64,000 nt of DNA from NCBI GenBank assembly GCA_002269645.1, contig NIVC01000033.1, positions 988,689 through 1,052,688 of the forward strand, read 5' to 3'. Origin of the DNA: Macrostomum lignano. Lineage: Eukaryota. A model generated the notes under the pieces. It was not told the DNA's origin and did not search any database. It saw nothing but the letters and a program-made list of their open reading frames with translations. Positions 36,032 to 46,908 of the stretch are shown piece after piece. Each line of letters opens with the position of its first letter. Position 1 is the first letter of the stretch. Made by a program: the position numbers and the translations under genes.

Positions 36032-36803
36032 GTGAGGGGTGGGGTATGTCTCACAGGTGAGGTGTGGGGGATGTCTCACAGGTGAGGGGTGGGGTATGTC
36101 TCACAGGTGAGGGTGGGGTATGTCTCACAGGTGAGGGTGGGGTATGTCTCACAGGTGAGGGTGGGGTATGTCTCACAGGTGAGGTGTGGGGGTGTCTCAG
36201 GTGAGGGGTGGGGGTGTCTCACAGGTACAGGTGAGGGGTGGGGTATGTCTCACAGGTGAGGGGTGGGGTATGTCTCACAGGTGAGGTGTGGGGGATGTCT
36301 CACAGGTGAGGGTGGGGGTATGTCTCACAGGTGAGGGTGGGGGTATGTCTCAGGTGAGGTGTGGGGTTGTCTCACAGGTGAGGTGTGGGGGTGTCTCACA
36401 GGTGAGGTGTGGGGGTGTCTCACAGGTGAGGGGTGGGGGTGTCTCACAGGTGAGGTGTGGGGGTGTCTCACAGGTGAGGGGTGGGGGTGTCTCACAGGTG
36501 AGGTGTGGGGGTGTCTCACAGGTGAGGGGTGGGGGATGTCTCACAGGTGAGGGTGGGGTATGTCTCACAGGTGAGGTGTGGGGGATGTCTCACAGGTGAG
36601 GGGTGGGGTATGTCTCACAGGTGAGGTGTGGGGTATGTCTCACAGGTGAGGTGTGGGGGATGTCTCACAGGTGAGGGGTGGGGTATGTCTCACAGGTGAG
36701 GGTGGGGTATGTCTCACAGGTGAGGTGTGGGGGTGTCTCACAGGTGAGGTGTGGGGGGTGTCTCACAGGTGAGGTGTGGGGGCGTCTCACAGGTGAGGGG
36801 TGG
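36029..36803 (+). repeat. 24-25-bp minisatellite GTGAGG(G/T)GTGGGGTATGTCTCACAG (MDM1 intron 2)
   Basis: About 30 copies starting exactly at the splice donor. Confidence 0.93.
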
Positions 36804-37022
36804 GAGGGGTATGTCTCAACTACTTTGGCTTCTTTTTGTCCCGACTCGACTCTTCCCCTACCACTAAACTTGACGGAGCGGTCAGGCTGGCTTCTGACAC
36901 TCGAGACCTCAAATTTTCCGAGTTTGATTGGGCGATCGCAATAATCTTGAGCTCAATTACTCGAGTTCAGCCAGCTGCTCGGCCGCAAAGCTCAAACTAC
37001 TCAATCCCCAACCGCCCTCCAG

Positions 37023-37619
37023 TTGAGCTACGCCGCCGCCGCAGCCGCTGCCGCCGAAGCCTCCGAGCATCAGCGCCGTCGCGAGCGGCAGCGGGCGGCG
37101 CTGGCGGAGAACCGGGAGGCGGCTCACCGCTCCCACCTGGACGTTGTGAACTCGGCAGCTGCTGCTGGGGCGAAGAAAGCAGCAGCCGCAGTCAGCACGC
37201 AGACGGGCGGCCCGGGTTCGAAGCCGGTGGCAGTTCCTGTGACTACTGAGTACAGGCGGCAGTTCCGGTACAAGCAGCCGGATGTCCGGTCCCCAGCCGT
37301 TGGCCTCGTGCCGTCAAGGAAATCGATGACAACCCAGCAGCAGCAAACCGTGGCCGGTCCGCAGCCGCCCAAGGTGAAGGTGGCCGGCCGGGAGTTCAAG
37401 CCCGCCGAGACGCTGAACCCGCAGCGGATGTCCTTCCCGCTGGGCAGCTACGGGCCTCTCGAAAGCGAGTACCACCGCGCCTTCGGCGAGGCCGCCGCCA
37501 ACGGAGGCGAAACCGACTGGCAGCGCCGCCTGCGGGAGGCGCGCGAGCTGCGACAGCGGGCCGCTCAGTACCGGCTGCGCGCCTACGGGACCCATTTCTC
37601 AAGGCAGCACCTGGCTCAG
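37023..37619 (+). CDS. MDM1: MDM1-like exon 3 (TTEYRRQF, ESEYHRAF, ...AYGTHFSRQHLAQ)
   Basis: Acceptor CCCTCCAG, donor GTGAGG, 597 nt. Contains (S/T)EY..xF repeats and ARELRQRAAQYRLRAYGTHFSRQHL, matching the recalled MDM1 ELREKAEFYRKRVQGTHFSRDHL. Confidence 0.88.
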
Positions 37620-37749
37620 GTGAGGCTCTCGGTGTTTGCAGATCTTCAGGACCGGTCAGCCTTAGTTACCTTGGTATTAGTATCATCGTGACTTTATCAC
37701 TGTGACCTCACTGTGACCTCCCCACTGCAACCCCATCACCGCAATCCAG

Positions 37750-38296
37750 GTTTACGCTCCGAACTTGGACGCCTGGCAGCCGCTGGACTCCGCCCGTTCC
37801 GCCGACGACAACAACGAGCGGCCTCGCACGGCCCCGGCGCAGCACCCGCAGGCCGCCTGGGCCAGCGACCCGGAGGACCTCGCCGCCGCATCGCCCGATG
37901 ACGGCGACGACGTCGAGCTCGACGCCGATGGCAACGGCGACGACTACGGCGAGAATTACCAACGGCGCCGGGACCAGCGGCAGAAGCCGCGGCGTAGGCG
38001 CCGAGCTCGCAGCACCACCGGCGCGGGCGCCGCTGCCGATGCCGTCGTCCGGCGCCGCCTGCCGGAGAGCGAGACGGTCGGGCGCTACGGCACGCCGCGT
38101 GTCCGGGACCGCGCCCGCCAGGGCTTCGTCAGGCACCACTACGACAGAACTACGCCGAACTTCGGCGGCGTGCTGGTCGGACGGCCCGACGCCCCAGTCG
38201 GCAACGACGGACAGCCGGAGATCGACGACGACGAAGCCGCCGTTCAGGTTGCGGCTGCCGATAGCGATGGCGAGCAGATGCTGGACGATGCCGAGG
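37750..38296 (+). CDS. MDM1: MDM1-like exon 4 (VYAPNLDAW...DDAE)
   Basis: Acceptor AATCCAG phase 0; donor G|GTGAGG phase 1. Confidence 0.75.
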
Positions 38297-38376
38297 GTGA
38301 GGAATTTCTCTGGGACGATTCCATTATGGACTTGTCAGTAGTGCAGACCGCATCCGCACCCGCAATCCGCCCGCAG

Positions 38377-38831
38377 ATCTCGGCCGGCCACTCGGCGGCC
38401 GCAAGCCGGTCGGCCGGATGATCCGCGAGTCGCGCCAGCTGCTGCGCGCCGCCGGCCGCCGCCAGCCCGGCCGCCAGCGGTCTCCCGCCGAGTTGCCGCC
38501 GGCCGGCCTGCCGACGCGCGACGTGGCGCCGCTGGTGGACGAGACGGCCAGCCACGACACCCAGCTGACGCTGTCTCCGAGGGCGCCGCAGCAGCAGAAG
38601 GCAGTCATTCAGCGCCGCCGCGACGAGCCCCGCGTGAACGGCTCGGAGCTGTCGGCAGCCACGCCGCCGCCGCCGCAGCAGCAGCAGCCGGCGCCGCTGG
38701 ACGACACGCAGTTCAGCGACGGCTTCTTCAGCGACACGGCCTCGCTGGTGAGCAGCTCCACCATCAGCCTGGGCTCGCAGACCCTGGAGCGGGCCAGGCA
38801 GCGGCAGGAAAGCTTCTGGGGCCGGAAATGA
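38377..38831 (+). CDS. MDM1: MDM1-like last exon (...SQTLERARQRQESFWGRK stop)
   Basis: Phase 1 acceptor CCCGCAG resolves the frame change between ORFs 37765-38421 and 38418-38831 (80-nt intron). The C-terminus matches the recalled MDM1 QTLARAKKRKENFWGK. AATAAA at 39166-39171. Confidence 0.85.
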
Positions 38832-39771
38832 ATTCGGCCGCTGCGCCGCCAAGGCGGGGGAGGGGGGGAGCCAAGACTTGCTGGCCAAGGACCGGCTGCC
38901 CCAGCCCACTGTGAATCTGCGCGGCATGGTTGGAACACCTTCTTTCGAACAGTAGAGAGAGCCTGACCTCACCGAGTGCATGGCATCAATGAAGCGTTAG
39001 GCGAGCCTCATTTATTATCGAATTTGTGTTCATCTATTCCAATATTTATTCCAGTATCCGTCCTTAGTTAATAGCAATTCATTCTCATTGGCAAGGCTAA
39101 AACTGAGTTTGTCCTTAGTTGTCTACTTGAAATTCGCTAAAAAAATGAAATGTTGTTTTTTTACAAATAAAACTTTAACTTCTCTTTTATTGAAGTTGGC
39201 TGTGAATTAAAATTTTTCTGTGCGGCTCTCACGCCTCCGTCCCAAGCTCGCCTATTTTCTGTTTCATATTTTAATTGTTGTGAAATTTTTACTGCTAAAT
39301 TTGCGAAATATGACAAAATTTTTTCCTCGTCTCTCTGCGCGTCATATGCTACTCATCAGTCTAGTATAGTAGACTACATTGATTTATTAGTTTATTTATT
39401 AGCTCCCGTCCCTCCTCCTAGCAACCTCAGCTTTGACAGGCCGCAAAGTTTGGTGGAGTAAAAAATATTAATTCCTATCTGCAGGATTAGCATTGACTGT
39501 TTTGCGTCATTGGCTGCTGCACCAAATTTAACCCAAACTCGCCAGGAATTTTTTTCTAAGCTCTAGCAACTATTTATCCTAAATCTTCTAGAATAAGAAT
39601 ATATTATTTATCCTTTGTATGCAAAGTGTTTTGCTGTCTCCACTGGCAAATTCACTTGTTTTTTGTTTTTTTGCGCCTGCTTTTTTCTATGAAATTAAAT
39701 CTGAGCTCAGCAGACTTTGAGCAGCTTTGGCTGAAGTGGGTTGCATGGCTAATGGCGCTCCAACAGGGATC

Positions 39772-40295
39772 TAGCCATGGTAATATTCTAGTTGCTATGC
39801 GGCTGGTGCACCTGTAGCCATGGTAATATTCTAGTTGCTATGCGGCTGCTGCACCTGTAGCCATGGTGATATTCAAGTTGCTATGCGGCTGCTGCACCTG
39901 TAGCCATGGTAATATTCTAGTTGCTATGCGGCTGCTGCACCTGTAGCCATGGTAATATTCTAGTTGCTATGCGGCTGCTGCACCTGTAGCCATGGTAATA
40001 TTCTAGTTGCTATGCGGCTGGTGCACCCGTAGCCATGGTGATATTCTAGTTGCTATGCGGCTGGTGCACCTGTAGCCATGGTGATATTCAAGTTGCTATG
40101 CGGCTGGTGCACCTGTATCCATGATGATATTCAAGTTGCTATGCGGCTGGTGCACCTGTATCCATGGTGATATTCAAGTTGCTATGCGGCTGCTGCACCT
40201 GTAGCCATGGTAATATTCTAGTTGCTATGCGGCTGCTGCACCTGTAGCCATGGTGATATTCAAGTTGCTATGCGGCTGCTGCACCTGTAGCCATG
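39772..40295. repeat. 43-bp minisatellite, left part (interrupted by the LTR element)
   Basis: TAGCCATGGTAATATTCTAGTTGCTATGCGGCTGSTGCACCTG, about 12 copies. Confidence 0.93.
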
Positions 40296-41195
40296 TGTAG
40301 TGCATGCGCCCTTGTCAGTTGGCAGGGCGCGTTGCACTTTGGGGCTGGTTGGGGGGGTTGGCGGGCGTGGCAGGGTTTGGCCGCCGGCCGGGCTTTGCGC
40401 GTGCCCCTCCCCAGCCGTGCCCCTGCCCCGTGCTCAGGGCTGGTTGGCTGCGGCCGGGCCAGCTTTGGCGCGGGTGCTGCCCCTCCACCCTTAGGCGGGG
40501 TTTTGATTGGCTGGGCCGGCGTGGTTTGTTTTGGTGAGCTTAGCCGGTGGGGCCGTCTGCCCCAGGGTTTGGGTGCTATTTATGGTGCGACTCTGGCTCT
40601 TGCCCACCACCTGCGTGCTTTTTGTGTTTTGGTGTGCTCCGAGAGTGCAAGCGCGAGACCTGATAAAAGAAACAGCAACATTAGCTACTTCGATAAAAGA
40701 AACAGCAACATTAGCTACTTCGATAAAAGAAACACAATAGCCTAATTGAGAAGAGTCTTGGAGAATTAAGAAGAAGTCGGAAACTGCGCTTGAGACCTGC
40801 GAATAATAAACGGTGAACAGTCATCTGGCCGCTGGTAAGCCGCCTGCTGTTTGAGTCCTTTCTTTTCGGGAAGCTTGCTAGGCCGAATTCTTGCCAGAGC
40901 GTCATAACGCCGGGAGACCATATAGCTTCTGTAGTACGGTACCGTTTACCATATATATTGCGTACGCCCTACGGTATAGAGAATAGAAGCACTCGAGAGT
41001 GTCACCACACCTCGAGCCGCAGCGTGAACTCTGAGTGTCACAACACCAGAGGGATCGAATTATTATCGCAGAGCGTCGCCACGCCTGCTCGTCGTATTCA
41101 TAAAAGTACAGACAGAGCGTCACAACGCCTGTTATATCACATATAATATATATTGTACTCGGGACTGGGCACCCAAGCCGACCCGGGTTACAACA
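40296..41195 (+). repeat. 5' LTR (900 bp)
   Basis: Starts TGTAG right after the TSD and ends ACAACA 3 nt before the PBS. Its last 43 bp recur identically at 49147-49189. Confidence 0.85.
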
Positions 41196-41198
41196 AAT

Positions 41199-41216
41199 TG
41201 GCGCCCGAACAGGGAC
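41199..41216 (+). other. Primer binding site for tRNA-Lys(UUU)
   Basis: TGGCGCCCGAACAGGGAC is the 18-nt complement of the tRNA-Lys3 3' end. Confidence 0.92.
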
Positions 41217-41440
41217 CCTGTCCCCAAAGATTGAAAGTCGGCTCAGTTGCTTTCTTTGAAAATTGCTGTCATATTGTGAGCGTTTTTTCTTATTAAAACG
41301 ACTTTTGCTTATCGCCTGCGGCTATTGCCCTACCGCAAAAGACATTAATCACGGTGACAGACAACTGATTGGTTATCAGAGATTGATAGCTATCACCACC
41401 TCAGAGTAAAGAGTAGCAACGGTATTCAGTGACTTCGGCC

Positions 41441-42361
41441 ATGGGTGATCAAGCTATGGACCAACTGATCGATGCGCTGGCTGCGCGCCTCAGAGCCAAC
41501 GCCGACCGAGCAGCGCCACGACTCTCGAAGCCGCCCAAGTACATACCAACGATGAATTTCAGCCTATGGCTGCAGAGTTTCAACGAGTACTGCGAGGCTG
41601 TCGGTATAGAAGAAGAAGCCAGGCGGCCGCACCTGATCGGCCTACTCGACCTCACAACAGCCTACGCTGCCGTTGATAAGCTGGACTTGGCAGACGACAT
41701 CGAGTACGGGGAATTCACGGATACACTGCTGGCGCGGTTCACCATGAACAGAACAGCCCAGGACTACCGTTTTGAATTATCGAATCGAGATCAGCTAGAC
41801 AAGGAGTCTGTGGAGACCTACGGGGACGAGCTGCTGGAGTTGGTGCGCAATGCCTTCCCCACCGCGGATGCCGACACCAGGACAGAGCTGGCGAAAGACA
41901 GATTTCTAAAAGGCGTTCGAGTAACCGACACTGTCCGAGAAAGACTGTACCTGCAGCAGCCGGCCAACCTCACCGATGCCATTCGAACAGTAAGACAACT
42001 TGAAGCAGCCCAGAAGGCGTCTTCGACCCAGTCCAAAGCCAGACCCAGGGCTGGGCTGAATGCCTTTGCCACCGAAACGTCGACAGGTGACACCGGCAAA
42101 GACGAGGAGCTACGGCAACTGCGTCAAAAAGTAAAGGAAATGGAAGAAAAGATCCGACGGATGGAGCAGATCCAGCAGGGCCAGCAGGAGCCGCCCGAAC
42201 CCGGTCTTCAAGACAAGCAACAATCCAAGCAGGCGGCTCCGTCCAGCTCGAAGCAGCGTAGCGGTGTCAAGTGCTACAACTGCGGGGAGATAGGCCATCT
42301 CTCATTCCAGTGCCCAAAGCCGGGAAAAGGCAAGAGGGGCCCACCAGCTGGAGGCAAGTGA
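41441..42361 (+). CDS. gag: Gag with CCHC zinc knuckle
   Basis: Open ORF from ATG 41441; CYNCGEIGHLSFQC (CX2CX4HX4C); capsid-like segment Q...ESVETYGDELLELVRNAFP. Confidence 0.92.
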   Translation: MGDQAMDQLIDALAARLRANADRAAPRLSKPPKYIPTMNFSLWLQSFNEYCEAVGIEEEARRPHLIGLLDLTTAYAAVDKLDLADDIEYGEFTDTLLARFTMNRTAQDYRFELSNRDQLDKESVETYGDELLELVRNAFPTADADTRTELAKDRFLKGVRVTDTVRERLYLQQPANLTDAIRTVRQLEAAQKASSTQSKARPRAGLNAFATETSTGDTGKDEELRQLRQKVKEMEEKIRRMEQIQQGQQEPPEPGLQDKQQSKQAAPSSSKQRSGVKCYNCGEIGHLSFQCPKPGKGKRGPPAGGK

Positions 42362-43596
42362 GCCCCTGCAATTCGTCAGCCTCCGAACAAGCCGTCATCT
42401 CATCTCATCATCATCAAACGCCCGGTACCGCATCTCATCAGCCTCCAGTGTCCGGTACTTCATCTCATCAGCTTCCAGTGTCCGGTACAGTGCCTCATCA
42501 GCATCCAGTGTCCGGTACTTCATCTCATCAGCCTCCAGTGTCCGGTACTGCGCCTCATCAGCATCCAGTGTCCGGTACTGCGCCTCATCAGCATTCAGTG
42601 TCCGGTACTGCGCCTCATCAGCCTCCAGCGTCCGGTACAGCGTCTCATCAGCCTCCAGTGTCCGGTACTGTGTCTCATCAGCATCCAGTGTCCGGTACAG
42701 TGCCTCATCAGCCTCCAGTGTCCGGTACTGCGCCTCATCAGCCTACAGTGTCCGGTACTGAGTCTCATCAGCATCCAGTGTCCGGTACTGCGTCTCATCA
42801 GCATCCAGTGTCCGGTACTGCGGCTCATCAGCATCCAGTGTCCGGTACTGCGCCTCATCAGCATCCAGTGCCCGGTACAGCGTCTCATCAGCCTCCAGTG
42901 TCCGGTACTGTGTCTCATCAGCATCCAGTGTCCGGTACAGTGCCTCATCAGCCTCCAGCGTCCGGTACTGCACCTCACCATCAACTAGCCGGTTTTGCAC
43001 AGTCGCAGCGCCCAATCACCGTCAACGCACCTCAGTCAATTCAAATCAATCCTGCGTCGATATATGTTACGGCCTCAATCGCAGGGCGGAGGGTGAACGC
43101 GCTAGTGGACTCGGGAGCTTCCTGCACCATTATCTCACGGGAAGCCTACCAAAGTATGCCGAAACAGAGCGTCAGAGATTTGGCCGGTGCTGAAGGCTAT
43201 GTTAGCTTAGCAAACGGCAGCCCGATCGAAATCGAGAGAACAGTCCTGTTGCGACTGTCAATCGCTGATAAAGTAATAGATACTCCAGCCTTGGTAGTCA
43301 GCGGAGTGAAGTACCAACTGGTATTGGGATCCGACTTCTGCAGGGACAACAGTTGCGTCATCGACTACAAGACAGCTGTCTTTTCAGTGCAGGACACTGC
43401 AATCCCGTTCCGATGGCAAGCTGAGCGCCCGATCGTTTGCAGAATTTTGGCGACAAGGTCCAGCACAATACCGCCAGGTCATCAAGCAGTTCTGTCAGCA
43501 AGGCTGGAGAGCAAAGGACGACGGAACAGAGGGTGTGTCGGTCTAACTGAGAAGCGAACGATTTGGCAGCTGGCCGCTGGCTTGCTAAGGCCTTAG
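42271..43596 (+). CDS. pro: Aspartic protease ORF (-1 frame relative to gag) with a 10-aa repeat insert
   Basis: ALVDSGASCTII catalytic motif and LVLGSDFC flap-side motif; overlaps the end of gag. Confidence 0.88.
   Translation: MLQLRGDRPSLIPVPKAGKRQEGPTSWRQVSPCNSSASEQAVISSHHHQTPGTASHQPPVSGTSSHQLPVSGTVPHQHPVSGTSSHQPPVSGTAPHQHPVSGTAPHQHSVSGTAPHQPPASGTASHQPPVSGTVSHQHPVSGTVPHQPPVSGTAPHQPTVSGTESHQHPVSGTASHQHPVSGTAAHQHPVSGTAPHQHPVPGTASHQPPVSGTVSHQHPVSGTVPHQPPASGTAPHHQLAGFAQSQRPITVNAPQSIQINPASIYVTASIAGRRVNALVDSGASCTIISREAYQSMPKQSVRDLAGAEGYVSLANGSPIEIERTVLLRLSIADKVIDTPALVVSGVKYQLVLGSDFCRDNSCVIDYKTAVFSVQDTAIPFRWQAERPIVCRILATRSSTIPPGHQAVLSARLESKGRRNRGCVGLTEKRTIWQLAAGLLRP
42422..42983 (+). repeat. 30-bp in-frame tandem repeat (VSGTAPHQHP) inside the retrotransposon pro ORF
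   Basis: About 19 copies. Confidence 0.92.
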
Positions 43597-46500
43597 TGAT
43601 CCCAAATAGCGGCAGCCGTCTGCCGACTCGACTCATCAATATCACGGAAGAGCCAGTCAGAATTCGCCAAGGTTGTACGCTCGGGTGGTTCTGCCCCCTA
43701 GAATCCACCGAACCGTTGAACACCATCAAGCTCTTAGCCGTAGAGTCAGGAGACGATCCACAGGAAGAGCCGAAGGTCCAAGGCAGCAACAGCCCTTCGG
43801 AAGCAGACTTGCTACCAAACTCGTACGGCGACTGTGGACTGTCGACGAAAGAAGACGAAGAATTTAGAATCCTTGTCCGGAGTTACAGCGATGTGTTCAC
43901 GACCAAGCAGACTTCAAGCAAGTTAACTACCGTGGTGGAGCATGAAATTAACACCGAGAATGCGCGCCCAATCAAGATCCCACCGCGTCGTCTGCCTCCC
44001 CACTTACAGCCAGAAGTAGATCGTCAAGTCAATGAGTTGCTGGAAAAGGGGCAGATCGAAGAAGCACAGTCACCATGGTGCTTTCCTTTGGTGTGCGTAA
44101 AGAAGAAATCAGGGGAAATGAGGATGTGCGTCGATTATCGGAAGTTGAATGAGGTCACCGTCAAGGATGCAGTGCCGATGCCGAGGGTCGATGATGCGCT
44201 GGAGGCAGTACACGGCGCCAAGATCTTCTCGACAATGGACCTTCACAGCGGGTTTTGGCAAGTAGGGGTGAGACCTCAGGATCAGGACAAGACGGCGTTT
44301 GCAGTGCCGCATCGCGGACAATTTCGATGGAAGGTTATGCCGTTCGGCTTAGTGAACAGCCCAGCAACATTCACCAGGTTGATGGCAGCCGTTCTGGACA
44401 AGCAGATGTGGAAAACCTGTCTCGTCTACATCGACGATCTACTGGTTTGGTCAACCGACGTGGATGAACACCTGAGAAGACTGGAGGAAATATTCAGCAA
44501 GTTGCGGCAAGCAAATTTGTGCCTGAAGCCCCAGAAGTGTCACTTTTTGCAAAAGCAAGTGAAATTTCTCGGTCACACGCTGTCGGCTGCTGGCATCAGT
44601 ACCGATGAGGAGAAAGTTCAAAAAGTGAAGAACTGGCCAACACCGCGATCCTCGACGGAGCTGCATTCATTCTTGGGCCTGTGTGGCTATTACAGAAAGT
44701 TTATTAAAGATTTCGCCGCAATAGCAGCGCCTCTAACTCGATTGACAACAAAAGACGCAAAGTTTGAATGGAAAACGGAACAGCAGCTGGCGTTCGAAAC
44801 ATTGAAGGAACGAATGACAAGTTCAGAGGTTATGGCTCATCCGGATTTCTCCCCGGATGCCGGAGAGTTTATCCTCGATACTGATGGCAGTTCGAAGATG
44901 GGCATAGGAGCGGTACTTTCTCAAGTCCAGCCAGATGGAGCAGAACGAGTGATCGCCTATGGGTCCAAGACACTAAATCAAGCCGAACGCAACTATTGTA
45001 CGACTCGTTTAGAACTACTAGCGGTTGTGACTTTCATCATGAAGTTCAGATACTATCTGCTTGGAAAAGCGTTCTGTCTGCGAACGGACCACAGCAGCCT
45101 GCAATGGTTAAAAAACTTCAGTGACGCCGAGGGACAGGTTGCTCGCTGGTTGGAGAAGTTGGCTCCATTTCAGTACCGCATCGTTCACAGACCAGGTCGA
45201 TCGCATGGCAACGCGGACGCAATGTCGAGGAAGCCAGTACGGAGACATTTCGGAGCGGAGACATGCCCGGCATGTGCGCAACATCCAGAAGGACTAAATG
45301 CAGTCGAATTTGAACGATTCTCAGCCGGCAATCTGGCAAGCGAGCAGGATCAAGACGACGATTTGAGAACAGTAAAGGAAGCGCTTGGCTCAAACCCAGT
45401 TCCAGATAAAAGCGAGACAGCTTGGAGTCCACTGGCTAGAGCCGTCTGGACTCGAAAAGACGACCTGGTGCTGCAAGAGAACGTGCTCCTTGTGAGAAAC
45501 AAAGACAGGCGCGATGAGTATCAAATGGTGCTGCCACGAAAGGCATTGGATCGTATCTTGAAAACCCTACACGAGAGAGTGGGAGGTGGCCACATGGGCT
45601 TTGCGAAGACAAAATTTAAAGTGCTTCAGCGCTACTGGCGTCCAGGATTGTCTCGTGCCATTGAAGAATATATTCGCGGTTGTGCCACCTGCTGCAAGTC
45701 AAAGCCGGGCAAGCGAAACCGAGCACCCCTGCAACCGTTGACATTCGCAGCACCATTCGATTGCGTCATGATGGACATTGTCGGGCCGCTACCGCGGAGT
45801 AAGGCTGGAAACATTTATCTCCTGACAGTCCAAGATTCGTTTACGAAGTGGCCTGACGCGTACCCGCTTCGCAACCAGAAGGCAAGGACGGTGGCAAGGG
45901 CGCTTTTCAATCGATGGATTAGCCAGCATGGGTGTCCGAGTACTTTGCACAGCGACCAAGGAAGAAACTTCGAATCGCAAGTGATGCGCGAAATGTGCAG
46001 GATACTCGAGATCCGCAAGTCCAGAACAACAGCTTATCATCCGAGCGGAAATGGACAAGTAGAAAACTTCAATAAAAGTTTAAAATCCATCCTCAAGTGC
46101 TGCCTAGAGGACTCAGGACGAAACGACTGGGAAGAATTCGTCAGCTCTGCGTTAATGGCGTACCGATCAAGCGTGCATCGAGCAACGGGTTATACTCCCC
46201 ACTACATGGTCTATGGCACGGAGATGCGCCTACCGATAGACTTGACTGACCAGCCGCCACAGCCTGTCGATTCGCATGTAAATTTCGTCAAGGAGCTAGA
46301 AGACAAATTGCAGACAGCTCATCGCGCTGCTCGACAGCAGTTGAATACTTATCAGCGGCGACAGAAGGACCAGTACGATAAAAGAACCCGAGGATCCGAT
46401 ATTCAGGAGGGTGACCATGTCTTCGTCTACAGCCCCGCCCTGAAACCAGACGAAGCCGCAAAGTTTCACGTAAGCTGGCTCGGCCCAGTGAAGGTGCTCG

Positions 46501-46871
46501 AAAGAAGATCCGAGGTGCTCTTCAAAGTGGAAAACCCGTCAAATCGTAAAAAGTCGAAGTTCGTCCACTTCAACAACCTCCGGAAGTTCGCTCGACCGGC
46601 CGCCCTGGAAACACCAGTTAGGACCGCGGCACCGCCGGAAGTGGTCGACGAGACGGACTCGGAGGCAGATGCGGAAGGCGAGACTTGGACTCGGCCTCAA
46701 CTGATGCCGCCACAGGACGCTGAGGAAGTCGCCGAGGTGCTGGAAGAGCAGATGGAGTTGGTTGACGACCCGCAGCCTACTCATAACCCGGTGGAAGCTG
46801 CACCTGAGCCTCGAAGGTCCGGAAGGTTGCGACGGCCGCCGGATCGCTATGGCCAGCCAGTGACATTCTAA
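43563..46871 (+). CDS. pol: Pol: RT, RNase H, integrase
   Basis: RT motifs RMCVDYRKLN, MPFGLVNSPATF and YIDD; RNase H motifs LDTDGS, ELLAVV and TDHSSL; integrase H..H..C..C, MDIVGP, HSDQGRNF and GQVE, with a GPF/Y-type tail. Confidence 0.96.
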   Translation: MAAGRWLAKALVIPNSGSRLPTRLINITEEPVRIRQGCTLGWFCPLESTEPLNTIKLLAVESGDDPQEEPKVQGSNSPSEADLLPNSYGDCGLSTKEDEEFRILVRSYSDVFTTKQTSSKLTTVVEHEINTENARPIKIPPRRLPPHLQPEVDRQVNELLEKGQIEEAQSPWCFPLVCVKKKSGEMRMCVDYRKLNEVTVKDAVPMPRVDDALEAVHGAKIFSTMDLHSGFWQVGVRPQDQDKTAFAVPHRGQFRWKVMPFGLVNSPATFTRLMAAVLDKQMWKTCLVYIDDLLVWSTDVDEHLRRLEEIFSKLRQANLCLKPQKCHFLQKQVKFLGHTLSAAGISTDEEKVQKVKNWPTPRSSTELHSFLGLCGYYRKFIKDFAAIAAPLTRLTTKDAKFEWKTEQQLAFETLKERMTSSEVMAHPDFSPDAGEFILDTDGSSKMGIGAVLSQVQPDGAERVIAYGSKTLNQAERNYCTTRLELLAVVTFIMKFRYYLLGKAFCLRTDHSSLQWLKNFSDAEGQVARWLEKLAPFQYRIVHRPGRSHGNADAMSRKPVRRHFGAETCPACAQHPEGLNAVEFERFSAGNLASEQDQDDDLRTVKEALGSNPVPDKSETAWSPLARAVWTRKDDLVLQENVLLVRNKDRRDEYQMVLPRKALDRILKTLHERVGGGHMGFAKTKFKVLQRYWRPGLSRAIEEYIRGCATCCKSKPGKRNRAPLQPLTFAAPFDCVMMDIVGPLPRSKAGNIYLLTVQDSFTKWPDAYPLRNQKARTVARALFNRWISQHGCPSTLHSDQGRNFESQVMREMCRILEIRKSRTTAYHPSGNGQVENFNKSLKSILKCCLEDSGRNDWEEFVSSALMAYRSSVHRATGYTPHYMVYGTEMRLPIDLTDQPPQPVDSHVNFVKELEDKLQTAHRAARQQLNTYQRRQKDQYDKRTRGSDIQEGDHVFVYSPALKPDEAAKFHVSWLGPVKVLERRSEVLFKVENPSNRKKSKFVHFNNLRKFARPAALETPVRTAAPPEVVDETDSEADAEGETWTRPQLMPPQDAEEVAEVLEEQMELVDDPQPTHNPVEAAPEPRRSGRLRRPPDRYGQPVTF

Positions 46872-46908
46872 TGGGTTACTCGTCATCGTGAAGTCTCATC
46901 AGTTTCAT

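Noticed and set aside
42422-42983. CTGATGAG (hammerhead core) on the minus strand of each 30-bp unit
   Set aside because: No GAAA core element or stem II/III arrangement in the unit.
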